From: Octopus vulgaris
Lineage: Eukaryota
DNA: 124,000 nucleotides
NCBI GenBank assembly: GCA_951406725.2
Contig: OX597815.1
Coordinates: forward strand, 189,740,001 to 189,864,000
Reading direction: 5' to 3'
Positions within the stretch are counted from its first letter, which is position 1. Each line of letters starts with the position of its first letter. Shown here in pieces: positions 40,712 through 54,420 of the stretch. Position numbers and translations under genes: made by a program. The notes below the pieces were generated by a model. It saw only the letters and a program-made list of their open reading frames with translations, was not told the DNA's origin and made no database searches.

Positions 40712-43700
40712 TGTGTGTGTATGTATATATATTATAGTCATATTTATATATTTATATTCATATATATATATATATGTATATATATCTATATATATCTTAG
40801 CCAGCGGGGTGGAGTCATTTGAAGGCTAAAACAATGCGATTGCATTGTGACCAGCGATGTGTAACAACATCTGATGGTCTGGTCGGTCACGTGATCACGT
40901 GATATATATATATATATGAGTCAAATTCCATTCAGAATTTATAAACAAATTCAAGATTCTCAAGATAGAAGCCATTGGCTCAAGGTTCTGTGCAGTGGAA
41001 TCAAACCAGAACTGCATGGTTGGAAAATGAGCTGCTTAACCACACAGCCATAACTTGCGACCACATTTAGCTGAAATAAAAAAAAAATTAGGATCAAACA
41101 AGAAATTACAGACAACTAAAGATTACTTCTTCAAGATTCCAATAAACTGGACCTTTTAAACAGAAAACCTGTTCACTCAAATTTATGCAAATAGAAAATA
41201 AATTCATTTAAATCTAATATCAGTTCAATAGAAATGACTGCTGGCTACTCTATTATCATGTAAATGACTATACCAATCAGTTTGATAGCTTTTGCCTTAG
41301 AATTATCTAATTCTAATCTTGACACTATATCAAACTTAATTGGTTATCTAAATATATTTCAAGTAATCTTATTATCCAGGCAGCATTGTTATTTGAGCAT
41401 TCATAATTTGAGCAGGTCTTCTTGGACTGGTGAGGTCATTGCAGTTGGTGTTCAATTCCAAATTCTACAGTTTAATGTTAGTAGAGAAAGTATGAAGAGA
41501 AAGGAACTCTTAGAAAAGTTTGCACTTTTTGAGAGGAAGCCTTGAGGAAAGCATTTAGTACGGATGCTGGTAGGACACAAATACAGGCACCGTAACAAGG
41601 AGGAGAGGAAAGGCAGAATGAGTAATTTGGTTTGACTATCTTCAGAGAGATAGCAACCACTGCAGTTACCTAAGAAGAGAAGTCAAGCCTGATCAAAACC
41701 ATTCCAGTCAAGACTACTCCATCACTCCATATTTTTCATTATCATCATCATCATCGTTTAAAGTCTGCTTTCCATGCTAGCATGGGTTGGACGATTTGAC
41801 TGAGGACTGGCGATCTAGATGGCTGCACCAAGCTCCAACCGGATTTGGCAAAGTTTCTACAGCTGGATGCCCTTCCTAACGCCAACCACTCTGAGAGTGT
41901 TGTGGGTGATTTTACGTGCCACCAGCACAGGGGCCTGTCAGGCGGTACTGGCAGCAGCCACACTCAAATGGTCCTTTTTATGTGCTACCTGCACAGGAGC
42001 CAGTCCAGTGGCACTGGCAACGACCTCGCTTGAATGTTTTTTCACGTGCCACCAGCACAAGTGCTAGTAAGGCGACGCAGGTAATGATAGTAAGGTGATG
42101 CAGGTAACGATAGTAAGGTGACGCAGGTAACAATTTTGTGAATCAAAAGTTTTATTGCTCTATTATATTGTTTGTTTCTTAAGATGATAATTTATGATTT
42201 GAGAGCGAGAGATTGACAGAATCAATAAACATGAGACTAAATACTTTGTGATACTCGTTAGAACTATTTTTACATTTGCAAAAAAATTTCAAATCTTGAT
42301 GAAGTTATATTTCGTCATTTCAATGGTACAGAAGTTGATTCAATCAAATCAACTGTCAACCTTGGTAAACATTCAATCGCTCAACAATATACAGGCAGTG
42401 TCGAAATCCTTATTCCACAGTTGGCTTTAAGGCCTAATGAAATGTGAGGTTGGTTGGAAAACACTGCGATTACATCAATATTATCAATATATAAGACACA
42501 ACGGAGGTGCGTGGCTTAGTGGTTAGGGTGTTGAACTCATGATTGTAAGGTTGTGGTTTCGATTCCTGGGCCAAATGATGTGTTGTGCTCTTGAGTAAAA
42601 CACTTCATTTCACGTTGCTCCAGTCCACTCAGCTGGCAAAAATGAGTAACTCTGCGATGGACCGGCGTCCCATCCAGGTGGGGAACCTATATGCCAAGGA
42701 AACCGGGAAACCGGCTCTTATGAGCCTGGCATGGCTCGAGAAGGAACATTTAGTGGAGGCACATGGCTTAGTGGTTAGGGTGTTGAGCTCATGATTGTAA
42801 GGTTGTGAGGTTGTTGTTTCGATTCCTGGACCAGGTGATGCGTTGTGTTCTTGAGCAAAACACTTCATTTTCACGTTGCTCCAGTCCACTCAGCTAGCAA
42901 AATTGAGTAATCCTGCGATGGATCCAGGTGGGGAATTTCTACGCCACTGAAACCAGGAAACCGGCCCTTATGAGCCTGGCATGGCTCAAGAACGAACATT
43001 TATTTATTCAATAAGACACAACACAACCAACACATAAACACACACATATCCCCATCATTCAATCATTTATGTAGAAAATAATATACAGAAGGAAGTCTAT
43101 GGAAGACATAATTGAATCCTGAGGAATACTAGCATTGACATAATATGCATGTAATGAGCATCATTAACATACACTCTATTAGAGCGATCAGAGATTTAAA
43201 AAAATGTCTCAATCATCTTTTATATGCCATGTACATTGTTTACAATCTTTTCTAAAAATGTAGAAACTTTTCAATTCTATCATGACATTTCTGAGCTGAA
43301 TTTTATATTTGCTAACATAGGGAGATGAATCATTGTAAATTTGCTGAATTAGTAAAGGGCAAATATTTTATTTTTTCATAGTTGGAATTTATAGGAAATC
43401 AGAAGACAAAGACTGGTGTAGCAACAACAAGCAAGTGTATTAGTTTGATGGTCAGGAAAAATGGAAAAGTCTTTTGTGTTTCGAGCCTACGCTCTTCAAC
43501 AGAAAGGAATAAGAGAAAATAAACAGAGAGAGAATGAAAAAAAAACTTGTAGATTTCAGCTGTCCAGCACATCTATATTATCCGTTAATTTAAATTTTAG
43601 CATGTTAAAATGCTAAATCATCAAACTAAAACATTTTTGAAAATTACTAATTTTTAATCTCACAACATGAGATATTCAGCAACAGTACTTTGTAGCAAAG

Positions 43701-45074
43701 ATTGTTTGCCAACATAACATGGCAGTCCTGGTTTAGGAATAATGTTGCTGTAATTTAGCCCCAGGAGACATCGTCTTCAGCCAGCTATGAAGAGAAATAA
43801 CCCAGAAATTACAATACACAGATATTGTTTTGAGCTGAGTGAGGATACTAGATTCCCTTGTTCAAAAAATGTAAGGACACAGTTCGTGTCATATAGCCAG
43901 CTGGACACGATGTCTCCTGAGCTAAATTACAGCAACATTAGTCCTAAACCAGGACTACCATGTTATGCTGGCAAACAATCTTTACTATAAAACATTTTTA
44001 TCTTTTAAAGAAGAAATGTGGATGAGACATGGAAGTGCCCCTAGTGAGGCAATTTTCACAGACTTTTCTATCAAAAGACATTGTTACAGCATTGTCTTTG
44101 CTACTTTCTGTAGACTGAGAGACTAGACATGGTTCTCAGGAGAAATTAAAGCAATGCACATTTCTAAATGTTTCATTCATTTTTGAATTGTCAGGAGTGA
44201 ATGGTTACACTCTTGTAAGTTTCCATAGAAGGTATATAAGGAGAGAAAGATTAAAGAATTTAACAGGGACGAGGCTCATCTTTGTAACACTATTTGAGTT
44301 AATAGACAAATTAATTGTACCAGTCACTTTCAGTACCAGTCACTTTCTCTCACTTTACTCTTTTACTTGTTTCAGTTATTTGACTGCAGCCATGCTGGAG
44401 CACTGCCTTTAGTCGAGCAAATCGACCCCAGGACTTATTCTTTGCAAGCCTAGTACTTATTCTATCAGTCTCTTTTGCCGAACCGCTAGGTTACGGGGAT
44501 GTAAATACACCAGCATCAGTTTTCAAGCGATGTTGTGGGGACAAACACAGACACACAAACATACACACACACACATATATATATACATCGAAATCGAAAT
44601 CTTTCAACATCAATGGAAATTGCAGCTGTGATACCAGTGCCGGTGGCACATAAGAGAACCGTCCGAACGTGGCCGTTGCCAGCGCCGCCCCGACTGGCCT
44701 CCGTGCCGGTGGCACGTAAAAAGCACATCCGATCATGGCCGTTTGCCAGCCTCGTCTGGCACCTGTGCTGGTGACACATAAAAAGCACCCACTACACTCT
44801 CGGAGTGGTTGGCATTAGGAAGGGCATCCAGCTGTAGAAACACTGCCGGATCAGACTGGGCCTGGCGCAGCCTCCTGGCTTCCCAGACCCCAGTTGAACC
44901 GTCCAACCCATGCTAGCATGGAAAGCGGACGTTAAACGATGATGATGATGATGATATATATGATGGGCTTCGTTGAGTTTCCATCTACCAAATCCACTCA
45001 CAAAGCTTTGGTCAGCCTGAGGTTATAGAAGAAGACACTTGCCCAAGGTGTCATGCAGTGGGATTAACGCCAAC

Positions 45075-45480
45075 CACTCCGAGGGTGTTGTGGGTGCTTT
45101 TTACATGACACTGGCATGAGGGCCAGTCAGGTCATACTGGCATCGACCACGCTTGAATGGTACTTTTTATGTGCCACCAGTATGGGAGCCAGTCAGGCAG
45201 CACTGGCAGTGACCATGCTTGAATGGTGCTTTTTATGTGCCACCTGCATGGGACCAGTCAGCTGGCACTGGCATCGACCATGCTCAAATGGCACTTTTTA
45301 CATGTCACCAGCATGGGAGCCAGTCAGGTGGCACTGGCAACCACCATGCTCGAATGGAGTTTTTACATGCCACCAGCATGGGATGAGTCAGCCAGCACTG
45401 GCATCAACCATGCTCAAATAATGGTCTTTATGTGCCAGTGGCACAGGTGCCAATCAGGTGGTACTCTCATTGACCATGAC
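45075..45480 (-). repeat. Six tandem ~66-bp units of the family 4 internal subrepeat
   Basis: Unit starts (G(T/C)(G/A)CTTTTTA type) at 45094, 45160, 45226, 45291, 45357 and 45423. Confidence 0.85.
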
Positions 45481-48368
45481 AGCAATTTCACCAAGTGAAA
45501 TCTTGTGTTATCATTCTCGTTATAATAAGATCTTGATTGAGATTTTAATTTAAATATGAACGCTTAGTTGAGCCAGTTTCTGGTATAATGATGTTAAAAG
45601 GGTTCACCGTTGTAATACTTTAATGCAGTTTAGTGCACACAGATTATATATGATGGGGAAAATGGGTCATTAGTTGATAGTGGAGGTTATATACATGAAA
45701 AAGGAGACCAAGAAAGACTTGAGAAGACATTATATGATTAAATCTGAGAAATATGGGCTTTGCAATGAGATTAGTCAGGATCAAGGTAAATAAGAAGTAT
45801 TATTATCAAACCTTTCCAGTTCCTGACAGCAATAAAAAAAATGGATGTTGAAATAAAAACGACAACAAAGAAAAAGCAAGCAATAAGTGGACATAAATGC
45901 AAATCTTATGTTTAGCTACAATAAACATTTCTTAATCTTGTAAAGATCATCTGTTGATAAAAGCCATCAAGGCAAAGCCACAAAATATTACACAATATTT
46001 CAATATACAGTACACATTATTATTAGCAACTATCTTTTTCCATTTAATATTTTGTCTTTCATTTCTATTCAACAGTCATTCTTGGCTAAGTAATATTCCA
46101 AGTGAATCTATTCCAACCCTATTAATGTATCTGTCAAGGAAATTTTATTTATTGCTAAAAATAATCAACAAGAAAAAAAAACTGTTGTGTAAAGTATATC
46201 AGAGAAGATATCTCTGCAATTATAGCATGTTTTTATTAGTTCTTTTGGGTCTGAAATAATATGAAGGATTAATTTGATAGAGATAAAATATCATAAATGG
46301 TATCAATTTCAGTTTCCATCATTTCCCAAATGACTAGAAACTAATATGAAATTACTTTCATGTGTACTGATAGCTAAATATCTTTCTTCACGTGTTTCAT
46401 GTTGAAATTTCTTAAATTATTGATACTATAAATCCAAACCCGAATTAGTCACAGTGAAAAAGTAATAAATATTAACACTGGTAGTAATAAAAAGTTTATA
46501 GTAAATTCAGCGGAAATATCTCATTTCAGAAATAACGACAAATAAAATATAGATTAAATATTTGTCACTTTGCTTGGAAATCCTTATTATTCTGTACCGA
46601 AGATTTTATGGTTTCTTTGCATGCAATAGGTACTTCACACCTACTGAAGATATTGACAGTAGACTTTTATAAAGTAAAGCATCATCATCATCATCATCAT
46701 CATCGTCACAAATTGAGATTTTATGATAATATCATTCATTGTATGTTCTTATTTGCTCTAACTGTTACATTTTATGTGGCACCAATGGCTAAGTCAAATG
46801 TACTTTTAATCAGACGCTTTTATAATGAACACCATAATATGTTTGTGACCAAAACACAAACATATTTATAAACTGAAACTTACCTGACTTCATCAATTAT
46901 TTATCGTTAATCTACTATATTAGTGCACTTAAAAATCAATATTCTTGTATATATTTTCCTCTAATGCGTTATCCTCTCAAGTTTGCTGGTGCTAAGTTTT
47001 ATGATCAATTTGTTCTACTTAGCTATTATTGTAAGTGCTGATCTCTCAAAAGAAACTGTTTGACTGAAAATCTTACAACCTAGTAAATACTTGTAATAAA
47101 ATCGAAAGCTACAGAGAAATGAGTAAATCACTTTATTGCCAAGTATAATTTATTATAATATCTGAATTGATAATGTCAAATACCTACAGCAAAAACAAAT
47201 TGTGAGTGAAAACAACTGAGTTATTATAGTTCACTGGTAATTGTATTTCGCTCAGCTGTATGAGGCTTGGCTTCCATTTTACTCTGTATTCGGAATAAAT
47301 AACACAAATATTATTCAGGTTTTAAGCATTTGAGTAATAAAATAGTTTATAGACAAAAGATATTTATGTTGTTAACTCAATAATTTCTACTACGAATGCT
47401 GCCACTACTAATATCATAACCAACTTTATCACCACCGGTGCCGTTGTCTAAAATTTACATTCAGTGAACCACCACTGGAAGTAACAGTAAAATTTGTGAT
47501 CCAATGAAAGATCTTCTGTATGGTTGGTCAACCATCAAAATGGCTTTACATCTTAAAGAAACATGAATTTAGATGTCTATACACTGATTGTATCCACATA
47601 AATCATCTCTAATGCAGACACCACCAAAGTCTACTATCATTTGGGGGAAATAGTGAATAATAGAATAAATTTTACGTGCCCTGAGTGCTACTTTGAATTT
47701 CATATAACTAAATACTACAGAAGGCGGTGAGCTGGCAGAACCGTTAACACACCAGGTGAAATGCGTAGCCATATTTTGTCTGCCGTTACATTCTGAGTTC
47801 AAATTCCGCTGAGGTCGACTTCGCCTTTCATCCTTTCGGGGTCGATAAATTAAGTACTAGTTATGCACTGAGGTCGATGTAATCGACATGATCCATTTGT
47901 CTGTCCTTGTTTATCCTCTCTGTGTTTAGCCCCTTGTGGGTAGTAAAGAAATAGGTATTTCGTCTGTTGCTACGTTCTGAGTTCAAATTACGCCAAGGTC
48001 GACTTCGCCTTTCATCCTTTCAGGTCGATAAATTAAGTACCAGTTACGCACTGGGGTCGATTTAATCGACTTAATTCGTTTGTCTGTCCTCATTTGTCAC
48101 CACTATGTATAACCCCTTTTGGGCAATAAAGAAACATAAATACTACAGAGCAGAATTTATAATGTGATCCATTAACAGATTCAAGTTTGGTATATCAAAA
48201 ACACAGTAAAGGTGTGATTGTGGTAGTCACAATCATAAAATTATTTACCTCCATGTCATGTATCTGCCTGAGAAGAGCTAGGTACAGTTAATCAAGAACA
48301 ACAACAGCATGAAGCCCACCGATTCAAAAATAATATACTGTATTTGTTGGGGAGTAAGTCACCGAAAG

Positions 48369-50665
48369 GAATTATATCAATATTTATATAGTATCCAGCT
48401 GAAGTACCAGTGAATTGGATGTTTAACACACCCCTTTGAAGGATTTCATTTCCTCACCTTGTGACTCAAAGTAAAGGGGAAAAAAATTATATTCAAAGTT
48501 ACACTGCAGAACACCTAGCATCGTCTTGTGGCACACCAGCATTCCGCTGTATACCAATTGTGGAGCACTTGTTTAGATTGTCACCAATCATGATAGAGAA
48601 TATTATATACCTTTGTTTATCTTCTAAGACAGTGCTTCTCACAATGGGTGGTAATATTGCCTGGGAGGTATTGGAAAATTAAAATTTTATATAGGAACTG
48701 GGGACAAAGTAGACTATACAGTAATTTTTCTTTAGATTTTGTCTCTCATTTAACCCCTCAGAATGAAAATTTTCATTTAAAATGTAGGTGTTTGAGCCAC
48801 ACTTGCGGTATAAGATTATTTGATAATACGGACATACAATCCTTTAATCAGAAATCTAAAATCTGAAAAGCCCCCAAAACTGAATATTTTTTGTGGAGGG
48901 CAGAGCATTTCATAACAGAAGTCATTTACTGTGCAAACAGCTGACTACTATGAGCCATCTCACTCAGGATTGGCATGGCAATGTCTGGCAGGTCAGCCAC
49001 CACTTACTGCCAAGCATCAGGTGTGACTCAACAGTTGTAGATAGAAGATATCCATTTGTTGTTTTCTGTCTTCGAGTTGTTTCTTGTGATTTTGTATATA
49101 ATTTACCCTGAAAATGTCAAAAAAGAACTGCAGATACCCCAATGGATAACAGTGAGGAAAAGATAAGGAAACATTTATCATTATCAATTACATAGAAAGT
49201 GGAGTTACTACAGAACTTCCATCATGGTACGTCTGTGCTAGGCAGCTAGCTGGCAGAAACGTTAGCACGCCAGGTGAAATGCTTAGCAGTATTTCGCCTG
49301 CTGCTACGTTCTGAGTTCAAATTCTGTCGAGGTCGACTTTGCCTTTCATCCTTTCGGGGTCGATTAAATAAGTACCAGTTACGCACTGGGGTCAATGTAA
49401 TCGACTTAATCCGTTTGTCTGTCCTTGTTTGTCCCCTCTGTGGGTAGTAAAGAAATAGGTATGTCTGTGCAGTGACTCACTAAAGAATATGGTGTTGGAT
49501 CTAGAAGATTTCAAGTTTGGTTTTGGTCCAACATATGAGAATTTTTCACAAGGTAGATGCCCGTATTTTGAGCATGTTCTATTACATTCAAAATCTAAAC
49601 CAAAATATAATAATGATGATATTTCAACAGTTACACTGGGATATGCTATACAGGGTTGGCCAGAAGTCATTTGACAGTAAATCAAAATTCCATAAATACT
49701 ATCTGTAATTCTGTATTGACTCGAATGGAAAAATTTGTCACTCAAGAAGGACTTCAGTTTGAACAATTTTCATGATGTTTCATATTTAGATGCTTTTATT
49801 AAATTCATTCAGTTGTTTAACATAAATAAACTTTGGAATTAAATGGGTTTGATTTACTGTCAGGTGACTTTTGGCCAAACCTGCGTGTGCATATCATCAT
49901 CATCATCATCATCATTTAGCGTCCGCTTTCCATGCTAGCATGGGTTGGATGGTTCAACTGGGGTCTGGGAAGCCAGAAGGCTGCACCAGGCCCAGTCTGA
50001 TCTGGCAGTGTTTCTATGGCTGGATGCCCTTCCTAACGCCAACCACTCCGTGAGTGTAGTAAGTGCTTTTTACGTGCCACCGGCACAGTTGCCAGACAGG
50101 GCTGGCAAACGGCCATGGTCGGATGGTGCTTTTTACGTGCCATCGGCATGAGGGCCAGGCAGGGCTGGCAACGGACATGATCGGATGGTGCTACACACAC
50201 ACACAATTATTAAAATTATAAACAAGGGTATCTAAGAGATACCACCATGATTGAAATATGGCCAGTTTAAATGCTGAAGGGTTAAGTGAGAGACAAAATC
50301 TAAAGAAAAATTACTGTATAGACTACTTTGTCCCCAGTTCCTATGTAAAATTTTAATTTCCCACTACCTCCCAGGCAATCTTACCACCCATTGTGAGAAG
50401 CACTGTTTTAGCCGATTAACAAAAGTATATAATATTCTCTATCATGATTGGTGACAATCTAAAAAAGTGCTCCACAATTGGTATACAGCGGACTGTTTGT
50501 GTTCCACAAGACGATACTAGGTGTTCTGCAGTGTAACTTTGAATATAATTTTTATCCCTAAACTTTGAGTCACAAACTGAGGAATAGAAATCTTTCAAAG
50601 GGGTGTGTTAAACGTCCAGTTCACTGGTACTTCGGTTGGATACCATATAAATATTGGTATAATTC
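48369..50665. repeat. ~385-bp inverted repeat arms (48369-48755 and 50280-50665) around a TTAA-CCC..GGG-TTAA-bounded ~1.5-kb interval
   Basis: Arms are reverse-complementary over their length (the ORF track shows KNYIQSYTAEHL..CIPIVEH on both strands). Confidence 0.85.
49489..49674 (+). pseudogene. Possible decayed piggyBac transposase fragment
   Basis: FSQGRCPYFEHVLLHSKSKPKY loosely resembles the piggyBac GRCxFxQYxPSKPxKYG motif; lies inside the TTAA-bounded interval. Confidence 0.3.
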
Positions 50666-51265
50666 AATAATAAAGATAAAATTAAATAAAGAGATAGTCT
50701 ATTGACATTCAATAATTTATTTATACTACAATATTACATTAAATACCATCAATATATATAAGTCAAAACAATTTGTTGGCCTTTTACAGATTTTATAATT
50801 ATTTATATAATATTGTTATGTTATATATTATATTCAGAGTATTTAATATAATAATGTAATATAAATAAATTATTGAATATCAATAGAATATATCTATATT
50901 TAATTTATCTTTATACTTTGAGTTATATTTTTAGTTCAGGTGTACTTCAGAATTTTGAAAAGAATTCAGGTGTGCTGCAATTGAAAAAAGTTTGTGGGAC
51001 ATTGGTCTAAACTACAGACTGAAATGGTTCAGATTTTATATTCGGCTTTTAAGATGATACTGGGGATTGGGCTGATATTTTTAAGGTTCAGATGTGATTC
51101 ATAAGAAAACACAATGTTTCTAAACCTAACTTGAAGCTGTTATTTATACATGCAATGGAGTAAAAAAATTAGACAAAAAATAAATATTCTTACCAAATTT
51201 ACTCAATATGTACAGGAAAATAAAAAGAGAACTTTAAAAAGTAGTATCTCAAACATTGCACTAAA

Positions 51266-51450
51266 ATGGTAAAACTTTTTGAAATTAGAAGAAAGAGGAA
51301 ACATTCCTTGATTATTTATTCCAAAACGAGTGTTGCATATAATATTATCAAAGATAAAAGGCTTTACAAAACTTTAAGCAAACAACAAATGGAAGACAAT
51401 TTAAACAAAATCCAGGCACATTTGATATGTAATGGACGTTTAGTATGTTG
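51266..51450 (+). pseudogene. Possible decayed hAT-like transposase C-terminal fragment
   Basis: SVAYNIIKDKRL..MEDNLNK..CN loosely resembles hAT dimerisation-domain tails. Confidence 0.25.
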
Positions 51451-52358
51451 CATACTTGAAATAATTTTGGCTAATATTGCATTTCATTTGACGATATTCA
51501 AACAAAATTTTAATAATTTTGGCATTTTAAATTTAACTTGTGATTTGAAATAAAAACTCCATATTAGATTCATGTGTGTGTGTATATATATATATATATA
51601 CATACAACGGGCTTCTTTCAGTTTCTGTCTACCAAATCCACTCACAAGGCTTTGGTTGGCCCGAGGCTACAGTAGGAGACATGTGCCCAAGGTGCCACGC
51701 AGTGGGACTGAACCCAGAACCATCTAATTCACAAGCAAGCTCCTTACCACACAGCCACTCCTACGTCTATATTACAGTTTATATTTTTTTAATAGTATCT
51801 TATTTTCTATATTCCTTTGTATTTGATTTGTGGTTTTGTTAAAGCAAAGGTAAAGTAGAAAGATTTAGAATTTTGTGGATACAGTTTAATTGTGGGGAAG
51901 ATGGTGAAAAAGCCATACGTAGAATTTAATTTGCTCTCCATGATGTCTGCATATCGGAATCATGTGCCTACTTCATTTTTGTATTTGTTTTGAAAGATTC
52001 TTGATATGAGATTATCTAATGAAACGGTTGTTATATCTGAAAAGGGTCACTTTGTCAATAAAAATGATCTGGATTGCACTTGTTTGCATTATTTTAATTA
52101 TAATTATAATTAAAATGGCAGACATGTTAGAGCATTGGGGAAACTTACTTTGTGGTATTTTTTTCAACTCCTAATGTTTTGAGTTCGAGTTCTGCCAAAA
52201 TCATGTTTGCATTTCAACTTATGTATTGATAAATTAACTAGAATTTAATTGCTGCAATCAATGTAATTACCTTCTTCTCTCCTCTCAGAATTGCTGGCTC
52301 TGTGCCAAATTGAGAAAGCATTATTAGTAGTAAATGTGGTAATGTATATGTATGTATG

Positions 52359-52456
<98 letters not shown>

Positions 52457-52643
52457 TGTATAATAATAATATTAGGGAGTATAACTCCAAACTTACAGGG
52501 AAAAATTCAATTTAGTATTAAATCAAATTTCACAATATAAATATATCAAATATAAATTAGAGATAAAACCACTATCTTTATTATTATTTAAATAATATTT
52601 TTTGAGTTGCATAATAGTGGTTTTATCTCTAATTTATATTATA

Positions 52644-52677
<34 letters not shown>

Positions 52678-52679
52678 AC

Positions 52680-53160
52680 AGACAGAGTCAACAACTATTG
52701 TAAAGGTTGCAAGATGCAATGAAAATATTAGAAAAATAAATAAATAAATAAGTGGAAACTTTACCAGTGAGTGTGTTTAATTATAAGGCACTAAAAGAGA
52801 ACGACTCTCCCCAGACACAACAGATTATGCTTCAACACAGGAACTCACATAAAAAATCTTGCAAACCAAATCCAAAGACGAAAAATTGAGGTCAAGATAT
52901 TTGGAGACGAGTTCTGTGGGGGCAGAAACAATGGGGCCACCAGGGCTGTTGGGTTTGTGTATTTTGGGAAGGAAATAGATGGTGGAGGTAGAGAGTATTT
53001 GGACAATGAGATGTGTGGCTGTAGATGGGGGTGGCAGAAGAGGAAAGAGGTCATGTATGTTGGAGGACACACTCTGCTGGTAGGAGGGGTTGGGGTCCAA
53101 GAGAAGTAGGTGATAGATTATGGCAACAGACGTTGTGAAGGGTAACCGATTCAGCCAGGG
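52680..53160 (-). mobile_element. Penelope-like RT fragment joined to a family P unit
   Basis: IYFLPKIHKPNSPGGPIVSA-PTELVSKYLD matches the PLE RT motif (YxLPKIHKP..PGRPIVS..PTE..SKYLD); continues into TTGGATTTGGTTTGCAAG..TCTGGGGAGAGTC. Confidence 0.75.
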
Positions 53161-53310
53161 TGATGTTGGTCCAGAGGATAAATATATCTAAAGATATCTT
53201 TTACATTATTTTATTTTATTTTTTATTTTTATTTTATCTAGTTTCAGCTCACGAGCTGTGGCCATGCTGGGGCACCGCCATTTATATATACATATATATA
53301 TTTAATATAT

Positions 53311-53524
53311 TTTTAAACAATACTCTGTTTTTGTCCATTACTGATTTTATGGTACACTTTTCAATGAAAGAACAGCACATTCTGCTGCTGGAGAATTGAG
53401 TTCTTCCTATTTGTGGAATTAATCTTTAACAGCCTTAAGCCATCCCCAAAGAGGATGTTTCCCATACAATTGTAACTAAATATTATGGTGTTTTTATTAA
53501 ACAGCATGTATGTATATGTATGTA

Positions 53525-53568
<44 letters not shown>

Positions 53569-54420
53569 CCCACACACATTCTTATATTCTTTTATTTGTT
53601 TCAGTCATTTGACTACAGCCATGCTGGAGCACCGCCTTTAGTCAAACAAATCGACCCCAGGACTTATTCTTTGTAAGCCTAGTACTTATTCTATCGGTCT
53701 CTCTTGCCATTGTAAACACACTAGCATCGGTTGTCAAGCAATGTTGGGGGGACAAACACAAACATATACATACATATATATACGATGGACTTTCAGTTTC
53801 CATCTACCAAATCTATTCACAAGGTTTTGGTCAACCTGAGGCTATAGTAGAAGACACTTGCCCAAGGTAACACACAGTGGGACCGAACCCGGAACCATGC
53901 AGTTTGTAAGCAAGCTACTTACCACACAGCCGCTCCTGTGCCTATATTTATTCAAAAAATTCTTGTTATCTATCTACAGCTATAAAAAAATCTAGTAATA
54001 TTAGTAGAAAAAAATCCAATATCTTTTTAAAAAAATATATTTACTCTTCATTATATTATTATGAAGTTGTTCTAAGAAAAATTTGATTTAAGTTGAAATC
54101 TATAGAATAAAAGAGAAAAGAAAAATTATCTTCTTACCCCAAACCTTTTGCTGAAATGTAACGTCTAACAGAAATTTTCTGGTGTTGATCGAAAAGATTA
54201 TTTTCAATAACTTCACACAACACATGCTGTTTAATAAAAACACCATAAGATTTAGTTACAGTTGTATGGGAAACATACTTTCTGGAGATGGCTCGAGGCT
54301 ATTAAAGATTAATTCCACAAATAGGAAGAAATCAATTCTCCAGCAGCACAATGTACTCTTCTTTCATTGAAGAGTGCACCACAAAATCAGTAATGGGCAA
54401 AAACAGAGTATTGTTAAAAG
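53311..54420. repeat. ~200-bp inverted repeat pair (53311-53509 and 54222-54420)
   Basis: Reverse-complement match; the ORF track shows MLFNKNTI..MGNIL.GDG.RLLKINSTNRK.SILQQ.NVLFFH on both strands. Confidence 0.85.

Noticed and set aside
45075-45480. CRISPR-like appearance of the 66-bp array, and of 79540-79830
   Set aside because: Units are homologous along their full length or have microsatellite spacers; no unique spacers and no cas genes; eukaryotic context.
46885-47090. Consensus donor CAG|GTAAGT on the minus strand with ATG AAG TCA just upstream
   Set aside because: All frames are closed upstream and no phase-compatible next exon was found.
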